Made by a program: the position numbers and the translations under genes. A DNA stretch of 59,399 nucleotides from a virus (Duplodnaviria > Caudoviricetes): positions 1-59,399 of IMG/VR virus record IMGVR_UViG_3300013126_000036. One strand, written 5' to 3'. Shown piece by piece: positions 45,625 through 56,500 of the stretch (position 1 is its first letter; the number at the start of each line of letters is the position of its first letter). Under the pieces are notes generated by a model. The model did no database searches. It was not told the origin of the DNA and saw only the letters and a list, made by a program, of their open reading frames with translations.

Positions 45625-46794
45625 TTAATAATTTGTTCCACCCATTATAACAGAACTAATGTTTATTGCGCCTGCTACTGGATATCTTTTAACTGTGTCT
45701 AACGAAAAATCTACGATTGGAAGATTTGAACCATCGGCTAACATTGCGCTTATATAGCATGTGCGAATATAGTCTGATGATAATTTAATTTGTCTTTCAA
45801 TTTCGGAAACAGATACCGTATCTCCTACGGTCAATGAATTTAGATATCTCTTTACAAAGAGTGAGGCCTGATTTCTAATTCCGCTAGCAAGATTTTCACT
45901 TAATCCCATTGGCAAAGTGATAGTAGCTTCTATGTTCATGCTGACTCGTTCGGCTATCCTAACATTAAACCTCACTCCAATTGGCTTGACGGCACTAACT
46001 GCTATCATTACTCTTTGAGGTAAATTTGACATATCAGTAGCTGTTTCTGGCACAACTATAACGTCGCATGACCCAACTCCATATGTGCCTTCTCTAATTC
46101 TAACGTCCCTAACTCCCCTAACTGCTAAAGCTGCAAATCTAATTGATTCAACTGTACCTGGGGCTTTTGCTTTTATAGAGGCTATGATTCTTCTTCTGAA
46201 ATTAGTATCTGATTCTGCGCTGGTGTTCGAATAAACTTCTTTTGGATTTGAACAAAATATGATTACTCCAGCCGGAGCAAAAGCGTTGTGTTTAGTTAGG
46301 GTGCTAACAGGTGCGACATAAGCGTTGTCTGTAAAATTTGGGTCAACCCTTCCGTAGGCCCTGGTAGATCCTTTGCCAATAATTACATCTCCAGCTAATT
46401 TATATGTGTATTGCTTTGTGATAAAATTAGATACATCATTATAAACTAGTGTTCCAGATGGAATAGTGACATCTGTGCTGTGCGGTTTATCAATAAAAAA
46501 TTGAATATTAAAAGACTCACGATCCTGACTTGAATAATCGCTAACATTCCTTCTAGTTATGCCATATAGGTCGCCTATAAGATCTAGGTTTCTTCCTGAT
46601 GCGGTCATAAGATCTCCCTGGGTAAGGTTGAATCTTAATGCCTCATATAGGTCTGACACTTCACTAGTAAACGCTTCAGCAAACGCTCTAGCTATTGAAC
46701 CCGGATAAACAGCTGATATCCCTGCATTTTTTTGTAAACCATTTAAAACGTTGACTAATATGTCAGCTTTATTTTTTATTCCGTAAATTGGCAT
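45625..46794 (-). CDS. baseplate J-like wedge protein
   Basis: TASGRNLDLIGDLYGITRR, AESDTNFRRRI, GTVESIRFAALAVRGV, KPIGV. Confidence 0.9.
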   Translation of the reverse strand: MPIYGIKNKADILVNVLNGLQKNAGISAVYPGSIARAFAEAFTSEVSDLYEALRFNLTQGDLMTASGRNLDLIGDLYGITRRNVSDYSSQDRESFNIQFFIDKPHSTDVTIPSGTLVYNDVSNFITKQYTYKLAGDVIIGKGSTRAYGRVDPNFTDNAYVAPVSTLTKHNAFAPAGVIIFCSNPKEVYSNTSAESDTNFRRRIIASIKAKAPGTVESIRFAALAVRGVRDVRIREGTYGVGSCDVIVVPETATDMSNLPQRVMIAVSAVKPIGVRFNVRIAERVSMNIEATITLPMGLSENLASGIRNQASLFVKRYLNSLTVGDTVSVSEIERQIKLSSDYIRTCYISAMLADGSNLPIVDFSLDTVKRYPVAGAINISSVIMGGTNY

Positions 46795-46795
46795 C

Positions 46796-47176
46796 TCATG
46801 CTCCTAAAGTTTGACTAACGGAAAGAATAATAGGCTCATTGATATCTGATATGATGTGAATATCAAATCTGATTACATCCCTACTTGTTGGGACTGCCTT
46901 AATTTGGATACCTCTACCCTTAAAAAGACCCTCTTTTTGAATGCCGGCCATTATTAAAGCTTTGCCAAACTCAGCTGTTTCTTTGGTTTGTGGCATTCCG
47001 TACAGTCTCGAGAGATCTACTCCTAACTGTGGATAAATATAAAAATCTCCAGGCTCAGTCATAATTCTTAAATAAATCTGTTGAACATCCTCATGCATAG
47101 AAGATGGAGCTAGGGCAATATCCTTATTGGGATCAAGCATAAGGTCTCCGTTTAGTGTCAAATACAAATCACTCAT
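46796..47176 (-). CDS. baseplate wedge / sheath initiator (gp25/GpW-like)
   Basis: DL...GDL, RIMTEPGDFYIYPQLGVDL; lies directly before baseplate J. Confidence 0.8.
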   Translation of the reverse strand: MSDLYLTLNGDLMLDPNKDIALAPSSMHEDVQQIYLRIMTEPGDFYIYPQLGVDLSRLYGMPQTKETAEFGKALIMAGIQKEGLFKGRGIQIKAVPTSRDVIRFDIHIISDINEPIILSVSQTLGA

Positions 47177-47819
47177 TTGTTTCCTTTAGTGCAAGATTAT
47201 GAGCTTGCTCAAAACTATTTCCATCTTTCATTAACTGAATCATCAACAATATATGCTCTTTAGAGTGATCTGTCTGATATATCTCAAGTAGACCTATTTG
47301 CTCATCGGTTAGCCCAGCTAAATCATATTCCGATTCATATGATTGTTGAGTTTGCTCTTGTTTTTTGGCAAAACCAAACTCACCTACTATAGTAATAGGA
47401 GTTTGCGTTTCTTGATCTGCGTATTCTTGAGCATTATTTAAATAATAAGCGACACCATTAGTTGCTGAGTGAATATTTTTATGATTAATCTTTACTAAAG
47501 TTGGTTCTATATAGGACGAGGCGCAGTAGTTAAAGTTGTAGCTATTCCATCTTAGCCCGTCTTCTTTTGTAAATAATCTTACAGAATCTCCAAATAAAGA
47601 AATAGATTTAGACTTTGCACTTATAACGATACCAACACCAGGGGCAGCAAATATTTCTATGTCGCCACGATCATTTAATCTGATAAAACTAGATAAATCT
47701 GGATGAGTTAATCCAACTTCTCTTTCGGAAAACTCTTTTCTCTTTCTAATCTCAACACCTATCGGCACTGTAGGTTGCTGATAGTTGTCTCTTTGTATTG
47801 ATTCTTTACTCATGAGCAA
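47169..47819 (-). CDS. baseplate spike-associated protein
   Basis: Short beta-strand repeats (SFIRLNDRGDIEIFA...IVIS...SISLFG) resemble a spike beta-helix; position in the operon agrees. Confidence 0.5.
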   Translation of the reverse strand: MLMSKESIQRDNYQQPTVPIGVEIRKRKEFSEREVGLTHPDLSSFIRLNDRGDIEIFAAPGVGIVISAKSKSISLFGDSVRLFTKEDGLRWNSYNFNYCASSYIEPTLVKINHKNIHSATNGVAYYLNNAQEYADQETQTPITIVGEFGFAKKQEQTQQSYESEYDLAGLTDEQIGLLEIYQTDHSKEHILLMIQLMKDGNSFEQAHNLALKETNE

Positions 47820-48181
47820 ACCATAAAATTAGGAATTCCAGTATTAACTGTATTGTAATATCTATAATTTGCCGTATTTCCTGCATCATTATAAAAGTTT
47901 ATAATATATGGTTTTGTTTCATTATTATCACGAAAACCAACTAAACATCTGCTGCCTGGAGTGGGAGCCACTGCCTGAACACCATTAGTTACTGGGCAAA
48001 CAACATTTTTTATAACATTACCTATATTTTGAGAATACTGATCTTCCAATACAACTACAGCCGTATTTTGATGCTTGTCATAAGATGCTATAACGCCAGG
48101 TCTATTCCTGGCTTTTTGCATTTCAGTGACATCTATTTGATCTTGTATTTTTTTATCGAATTTAGGGTAATTAACTGGCAT
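47810..48181 (-). CDS. baseplate spike N-terminal OB-fold-like protein (GpV/gp5-like)
   Basis: PGVIASYD...TAVV...PTPGSRCLVGF...PYI. Confidence 0.65.
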   Translation of the reverse strand: MPVNYPKFDKKIQDQIDVTEMQKARNRPGVIASYDKHQNTAVVVLEDQYSQNIGNVIKNVVCPVTNGVQAVAPTPGSRCLVGFRDNNETKPYIINFYNDAGNTANYRYYNTVNTGIPNFMVCS

Positions 48182-48189
48182 TTTTGCTC

Positions 48190-50532
48190 CTAGCTATCTC
48201 CATTTGCGTATTCTCTTGGGAACACTTCTCCGCTCATCCATCTTTCTATATATTTAGCTGAGTAGTTTGCTACTACTGGCAAAAATACAGATGGATCATT
48301 GGCGTATACATTTCTTATCCACTTTTTTAAATCTTCTGCTGTTTTACCTGTTTTATCAGTATATACGTCTACTGCGTCCTGAAACTTGACTCCGCCATTC
48401 ATCCAACCGTAAGCTTTATATCCATCTCCCCAAACCTGAAATTGATATCCATCAAGTTTAGGTTCGCCAAAAGTTGGAATTCTTCCTGTACGAGCAGTAT
48501 AGGCTAACCAAGCCTGATTTCTAGGTATCCACAATCTTCTGTCGACCAACGGTCTCATCTCTTCTACTACCTTACTACTGGAACCACCATTGTAAAATAA
48601 AGATAGATGATATTTATCATTTATAATTTTATTGTATGTATCTTGAGTTGGCCTAGTTTCGCCTGGATAAACTGAGTCCCAATTAGCTGAAGCTATGAGC
48701 CATCCCTGCATCTGCGTCTTTCCATTTGCGTCTGTTAACTCATAGGTTTTAGTTCCATGCGCCAAACCAGAACTTCTCGTATACTTTGGGGTGCCACCAG
48801 AATATCCAAATCCACCAGCACCCATATTAATCTGTAAAAAGCCTAAAGAAATAAAATCTGTATTACCAATATAAAATCCAGTAGGCCTACAATTACTTTC
48901 TCTTACAGCTACTGCTGCCAAACATGCTGCAACTTCAGGTGTGCACCATGTTTGGGTCAAAACATCATAAACTCCATCTAAACCTAAACTAAAATCCCAT
49001 TGCCCATAATAGTTTTGATCCAACGAACCAGCTGTAGCGCCGGGGAATAATCTTCTTTCAATTTGTCTTTCCAAACTATCTGCGCTACCAGAAAGTCCAG
49101 ATGGACGCGAAGTAACACTGCCACCAGAAACATTTGTTCCAGAAACTGTCATGGCTCCGCCCGGACCAACATATCTACCACCTCTCATTCCACTAAAGCT
49201 TAAGTGTATGTGATCTCTGTGACCTGAATCAGCGTGAAAGTTTAAATATTGTAAATATGGTCTATTAAGTTTTATTGCGGCAGTTACTGGCTCTAGCCCA
49301 TCAATTATTCCCATATCAACTTTAAGCCTGTCCGTAATAACAATTGAATCTGGGATAAGATACTGAGGAACCTCAGATAGAGCTTCTAGTAGTATATTTA
49401 ACGCAGAACCATATACCGTCACATGATTTGGCGAACTATAAGTTGTTTCTACGTCAAACGCTTCTTCGTTAATTCTTCCAACTTTTCTTATATCTATAGC
49501 TCTACCGAAAGTATGATCTCCAGGAGTAAATTTATCTGGCTTAATGTACTTTTCCTGATTTGGATCTCTTCCTGCGCCAAAACCACCAGCTATATAATAA
49601 TTTTTTTCGTGCAGAAGTATTAACAACTCTATCAAAGACGCTGATAAAAATGCGTTTGCAACACCCACAGTAGGATTTTGAAGTATTAGGTCATCGCTCA
49701 AAACTCTTTGGGTATTATCCACTTTAGAATCAGGAAAAAAAGTTGAAGATCCATTATAAACTTCTCTTGGATCAGCTGCCCATTCATTTGGAATATCAAA
49801 TCTAAATCCACCAATACTAGATGTATCACCTATTTGTGCTTCATATTTTGTTCTCAGCAAGGTCAATCTTTCTTGATACCAGCCTTTTTCTTCCTCTGTC
49901 ATTTCGGCTATTAAAGCAACATCTCTTCGTCCCGCACTTTGCATCTCACCGATACCAGGGGAGCTTGATCCACCGGATCCCCTATTATTATCTGACGGAT
50001 CCTTGCTTTCAGAGGAAGCAATCATTGTATTTCTTATAATTTGTAGAGAATTCTCAACAAAAGTATTGCCAATATTTTTACCGGCCATACTCTTAGATAG
50101 TATTTTATTCCATGCTGCAGCTCCCGTTAAAGTGGCATTATTGGAACCAGTGGGATTTCCCTCACTATCAACACTGAAATCTGTTGCCTCAGGATTGGAT
50201 ATGGTAATAGTCGCATTTTCGGGGGTCGTAGCTGATGCAGCTGCAGCTCCGCCAGTAATCAAACCATTTAAAGATGCAGATACACTTGCATTCATCGCTG
50301 CTATAGGATATTTTTTGCTCCTATTTAAAAGATCTCCGGCCATAACTCCAGTTACATCAAAAGAGCTTAACGTTCTTCCTGTAGCAGGAGGTGCTAAAGA
50401 AGCGCTAGTATTTAAAACTGGTGATTTTCCACCAGGATAAAAGTCTCCATGTATAGTTTTAGCAAATGATGCGCTATCAGAAAGAGATTGAGTATTAATA
50501 TTAAATGACACAATAAACTCCTTACTGCCCAA
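48190..50532 (-). CDS. tail-associated lysin: M15-like metallopeptidase plus lysozyme/SLT-like domain
   Basis: DHTFGRAIDI...HRDHIH (HxxxxAxD, HxH). AVRESNCRP...SLGFLQIN. Confidence 0.75.
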   Translation of the reverse strand: MGSKEFIVSFNINTQSLSDSASFAKTIHGDFYPGGKSPVLNTSASLAPPATGRTLSSFDVTGVMAGDLLNRSKKYPIAAMNASVSASLNGLITGGAAAASATTPENATITISNPEATDFSVDSEGNPTGSNNATLTGAAAWNKILSKSMAGKNIGNTFVENSLQIIRNTMIASSESKDPSDNNRGSGGSSSPGIGEMQSAGRRDVALIAEMTEEEKGWYQERLTLLRTKYEAQIGDTSSIGGFRFDIPNEWAADPREVYNGSSTFFPDSKVDNTQRVLSDDLILQNPTVGVANAFLSASLIELLILLHEKNYYIAGGFGAGRDPNQEKYIKPDKFTPGDHTFGRAIDIRKVGRINEEAFDVETTYSSPNHVTVYGSALNILLEALSEVPQYLIPDSIVITDRLKVDMGIIDGLEPVTAAIKLNRPYLQYLNFHADSGHRDHIHLSFSGMRGGRYVGPGGAMTVSGTNVSGGSVTSRPSGLSGSADSLERQIERRLFPGATAGSLDQNYYGQWDFSLGLDGVYDVLTQTWCTPEVAACLAAVAVRESNCRPTGFYIGNTDFISLGFLQINMGAGGFGYSGGTPKYTRSSGLAHGTKTYELTDANGKTQMQGWLIASANWDSVYPGETRPTQDTYNKIINDKYHLSLFYNGGSSSKVVEEMRPLVDRRLWIPRNQAWLAYTARTGRIPTFGEPKLDGYQFQVWGDGYKAYGWMNGGVKFQDAVDVYTDKTGKTAEDLKKWIRNVYANDPSVFLPVVANYSAKYIERWMSGEVFPREYANGDS

Positions 50533-53500
50533 CTCTTGCAGGTATTATTGCTGATTCCTCAGCACTGATGACAGCATCTCCTTCAATTTGAAGCTGCTTA
50601 GCATATACTGTAGCCAAGTTATTTGTTACTAACTCCCAATTTAGGGTAACAGGATAGCCGTTTTCATAGTATTCATCCCAGAATATAGTAGGCCATTCTC
50701 TGGTTTTATTATAGGTAGCTTCTAATACTTTATACTGAACTAGATCATTATACAATTTAATTGTTTGACTATTAGATAATCCATACCTAGCATTTGTATC
50801 AAGTGTTATGGAGAGTGGCGAAGTGTAAACTAAGCCTAATACTGAAAGAGCGTTTAATATTGAGTCTTTCTTAATAAAAAGTGGCGAATCTTGATATATA
50901 GAACTAAAGAATGATTCTTTTATTTTTTGCTCTGCGCCGGCGCCAATTTGATTATCTATGAAACATTTTTCAACAAAATCTTTTGCTGCCTGGACTACAG
51001 ACTCTGGCTGATAGTACCATACCGTACCAAGGGTTCTCTTTGAGTCTGTGACATCTTTAGTATAGTTTGCAACAGTGTTTTGCTCTGCTCCAGCCTCAAA
51101 ATCAGATTCAGAAATAACAGAACTCGACGCTGCATTGCTAATCCTTATTCTTAAAACTACTAATCTGTTTTCTAATTTAGATTGTACAAATATTTTAGCT
51201 TTACCACCAGGAGTATTGATTGCAGTCATATTCGTTGATGGCGTTGAGGCATCGCTATAGCTAACGCCTAGATCGCCATCATTTGACGTAACAGTAAATG
51301 TATTAGTTTCACCAGAGTTTATTCCATCAAATCTGACAGTGAATCTTGCCCCAGAAATAACATCCTCTACATCAAATGTGTCACCATCTTTAAATTTTGT
51401 GACTTTAGCAATAACGCTAAATAGCGAAGGTTGCAGGTCTGTTCTATCTGGGCCTAGCCCACTTAATTGTAACACCCTTGCATGAACTAAGGCGTTTTCA
51501 TAATCTATATATCTTACTAGATCTGTTATCTGCTTTTCTTGCCAACCCAAACTCTTTAATAAATCATCGCTTCTAATAAAAATATTTCCTTCTGGTGTCC
51601 TAACCTTAGTCCTTGCACCGAGCAGGCCTGGGAGTAAGACTTTAGAATGATGCTTGCCAACTACCATACCCTGATTATAAGATAGTCCAGCATCCATTGG
51701 CTGACCATTCTTATTAAGATATTGAACATAACATCCGTGTTGGTCAAGAACATTATCTCTGATCCATTTCCAACCCTTCCATGCTAATTGACCAACTATT
51801 GGCACAGACAAACCTATAGCAAAGCCTGCTGCTCCGGTAGCGCCAGCGCCAGCTGCAGCTGCTGCGATGCCGACTCCGCCAGTTAAGGCAGTAGTCATTC
51901 CCTGAAAAACAGATCTGCTAGCAGAAGAGCCATATTGGTTGATTACAGCTTCTGCTTTTTTTGGAAGAGTTGTAGCTGTTTGATTTGCCATAACATCCTT
52001 AACCAAAGCAGTAGATCCGTGAGTGTACTGTAGTCCGCCAATCATCTGAGGACCAAGAGCATCCGATAGGGCATCAACTGATATATTTCCGCCCAAATTA
52101 ATACCGGTATTGGACGCCATTATATTGTCCATATAAAAACGTGTATCGTTTCTTAGGTTTTGCACAGTGAACCATGAGTTAACCCATGAGGTCAGAAACC
52201 ATCTGGCAGGATCATTAACAGTCACCAAAGCATTTGGTGTAATCGATGTAATGTAGCCCATTTCTGGAGTAAAGTGATGCACTACTTGTTCAACTTCAAA
52301 AATGCCATACATTTTCTCATAAATATCTGACAAGTAAACTAGGTCATGTGGACGTATGTCGGCGTTACCGATTATAATTAATTCTCCACCATATATGTCT
52401 TTAATTGATTCTTTTAAGTGTGATAATGCTATTCTTTTTGCGGATAGTTCATCGGGTGTACCTTGAACATTTTTTGCAATACCCCTTACTGTTTCCATGG
52501 GGTGCATTAATGGATGCAGAATACCAAGAAATCCAGATCCAACCATGTTGTCATAATACAATCCTGTTTCGACAGTTGTTTCAGTTTGACGCTCTGCTGG
52601 TGCGCCCTTATCTAGGGCTACTGTAATTGGATACTTTCCATCTGAAACAGCTGTAACAACAGTGGAAACTCCATTTAAGTTTTCTTGGATCTGATTAGAT
52701 ATGATATGAGAAAATGAACTTAAATAATGTATTCTTTGGAATGGCTGTCTAATTTCTAAAACTGGTTCACCATACTCACGAGTAAATGGATTGTCTACAG
52801 CTCTAAGTAGTGTTCCCTCTCTTCCAAGTGAATAATAGATGGAATCATTTAGAACCTTATTTAATATATGAGCTTGCTTACTGAAGTTGCCAACCTCAGA
52901 AATAGCATACCCCATCTGCATCATCGACAGCTTAAACATGCCCAGAAGACCAGAAAGGCCGTCACCTATCGCAGTCATAATTGGCCCTATATTTCTGTCA
53001 TAGAAATTGCCAATATCTTCCAATGTTCCAGAAACAAACGTTGTAGCACCAGTTCCTTCAGATTTTGTAGAAACTAAAAGTTGTAGGAACTTATTGTCAT
53101 CTTTAGCGTATTGACCATAAGGATTTATGAAAGCTTCAAAAATTCTGTCAACGGGCCTAAATGACCATTGACCATCAGAGCCGCCTCCGCCACTTGTTAT
53201 TAATCCTCTTTTACGGTTCGGTTTTAATACTAACCACGCTCTACCATAAGCTGTACTCCAAAGCTTTTGTCTAAATAGTCCAACCATCAAAAGGAATAGT
53301 TGTTTTGGAGTTTTAATTTTTTCATTTAGAGCAATAGCCTCTTCAGGATTTTTTTTGTTTTCTAAAGCGTACTCTAATATTGTATTTATGACTCCGGACT
53401 CAAAAAAGTTTTCTCTGATTCCATTAAGGGCGTCGGCAATAGTGGAATTAAAGAATTGGATTATTCCTGCATCAGATTCGTTTTCTGCTGCTATTAAATC

Positions 53501-56500
53501 TATATAATTTTTTCTTATAAACTCTACTGCGTCTCTTCTTGTAATACCGTTTGCTATTGGTACGCCCTGACCACCTAGCTGTGGATTATTTGGTATATTA
53601 AAATAATCTGCACCCAGCAAAATAGCTAATTCATCTACTGCGGTATTTTCAGTATCAGATAAACCTGCGATTGGGATATTTGAATCTTCAAAATTATTAA
53701 ATGAGTTTTCGACTGATGATCCTAATATTCTGGCAAATTCTTCTGGGAATGGATCTATTGAATCTGGATCCATTCCATAAATTCTTGCAAAAATAGACTT
53801 AACGCTATCATATGTATGATAGCCAAATCTAAATTGATCCCATATATCATTTGCTTGATCCAGATTTCTTCCATCACCAGCTATAACTGATACATTCGGA
53901 TCAAAATTTTCATCATAATAAGATCTAGCTTCAACCCCAACAGAATCCAAGGGATCATATACGCTTAAGAATGCAGCTCTGCCTTTGGCTGTATCAACAT
54001 CTCCGGTTGTAGCAAGCTCTTCGTCTAAAACATTGTATAAATAAGCTCTAGAGAGTTGTCCATTTCCTATTAGGTCGGAAGATAAATTTCCTATTGGACT
54101 ACTAGTTTCTGGTGTGCTATTAAAGTTTGTAGCATCCAATAGTGCATTAAAGTAACCTATAAATGGTTTATCTCTTCCGTCTGGAACCGCTAAAGCATTT
54201 CCTCCAAAATCAAATCTACTAGCAGATATTTCAGCATTTACGGGAGTCCACTCGGAGAATATATTTTGTGGATTTACCATGTCCTCATCGTAAACATTAA
54301 ATCTAGAGCTAATTCCACCTTGAAGTTCATTTCTTAAATCCCGGGAAGTCATGCGTCTTGCTGTCAGTTTCGACAATTGACCATCTTCTGTCATTGTGTA
54401 ATTTCCAAAACCAACGATCATGTTGGCATCCCGATTTGCGGCTCCTCTTTCATAGAATCTTTTTACTGGGGCTGCTGCTGAAGATATTACGCCTACAGGA
54501 ACATCGTCTGGCACAAAAGCAAACATACACTCCACTGGCTGTGGATTTATACTTAATCCACTTTCATCTTCATAATTCAACTCATCTTCATTACCAAAAA
54601 TAGATACACCTAATCTATCGCTAATTCTACTTGCTATATTTATAGGAGCGCTAGTAAATTGCAAAACCTTTAAACCGTAACCAGCTATTTTGAATCCAAA
54701 ATCATAAACTGCGTTGTTTGCGCTCACCATAGTATTGACCCATGATGGCAATTGGTCTAATATACTGGATTCCTCTGAGTTAGCGGTTAATTTAAAACTT
54801 AAATCTTTTGATATAAAGTTACCCAAATACCATGCAGCGTCTGGAGAAACTACAGCTGCAGTTGTATCGTCATCCTCTCCCCAAAGGAAATATGCTGGAG
54901 CACAAACGACAGCCCTGTCAGTTCTAGGACTATAAACTAATACTTTTCTCTTCTTATAATCTTCTGCTGTTCCATATAAATCGGTAAATCCATACTTTTC
55001 TTTGAACTTTTCCAATGTTTGATCGTAAACGGTTATATCGTTAAAATCTGAAGGAGCTTGCGTAGAAGAAAACCCCGGATTATATGGCCATTTCATAGCA
55101 ATATAGAATTGCTCTGCCTCTGCTGCCGTTTGCTGAGAGGCCGGAAGGTCGCCAGGGGATCCCCATTCTTCGTAAGATATCTGATTTGCTATCTCATACT
55201 CAAACGAATAATCATCAGCGTTTCTCTTTGCTTCAGAAGAATTAACTGAATATTGTGTGATTGCAGCTGGGTCAACAGATATACTTAATCTATTAGCTAA
55301 AACAGAAGGCAGAGGCATTCTTACATACTTTGTATTTGCTCCACCAATAAAAGACAAACCATCTACGTCAACTATATTATCAATAAAAGTTGAAAAACCC
55401 AAAGGACGATCTAGCTCTAATATTCCAGAAGATGGCACTAGGGTTAGTTCATTATTTAAAATGAACTTGCTTTCATACTGAAGCAGGGTAAACATGTTGG
55501 CCATAAAAGTTGCGCCACCAAAAGATCTTCTATCTTCTGCCATTGCCTCATTGACAAACCCTTGAAATTCTTCGGCGTCCATTGGAACTTCGCCTTCATT
55601 ATCTAGAAACTTTCTTCCAGATTTGCCAATATCCTTAAAATGACTGGCTGCGTTCTGAAAAACTCCGCCGTCTCTAACGCTATAAGATGTAGAGTCTAAT
55701 ATAACAGTTTCATTGATTGTGTAAAACGGGTACCTAAATCTTGGCGGAAGATTATCCAACTGAGCATGAGATTCTGTCATTGGAGCAATAGTTGTAGTCG
55801 GATCTCCAACAGGAAGGTGGAAACCAACTCTTGTTAAGCCAACTACTGTTGGCAGTTTTGCCACTACTGCTGTCGTTCCATCGTCTTGTGTTTCAGAAAA
55901 ACTTGAAGCCAATGGTGAGTTAAAGTTAATTAATTTTTCTTTCAAAAATGCCGTAGGCTTATAAATACCTTCTGAATTAACCTGGTCGCTAGCTAAGCTT
56001 GCCATTGTATCTGATAATTCATTAGATCTTTTAAATGCTTCATAATCAGCAAGTGTGTTACTCGATCTATTTATATTATTCATAATATTTTGAATATCTT
56101 CATCTGGCGAACGATATTTTGGATAGCCAGGTAATTCTAGCTCAGAGCCTCTTTCCGTACTAGGAAAGCCAGTAGTTACGGGCACTACGCCCGAAGTGTA
56201 AAGCCAGTGAGGCTTGCCATAAAATATTGTAGATCTATCCTCAAAAGGTCTGATAGCAACAATATAATTAGGTAGCAATCTAGCGCAAACCTGGAATAAA
56301 TCCCATACAGTTCTCATGTACGTTTGAGCCCTGAAGGAGACCTCATCAAAACCTGGTAAGTCATCATCAGCGTTTGGTGCAAGAATACCCATCGTTCGGA
56401 AAAGGTTAGTGCCACCTCTTCCTCTTAATATTCCAAATAAACCACCACCAGCTATTCCAGAACCTACAGCGAAGTTTACTCCGGGTATTAAGCCTACAGC

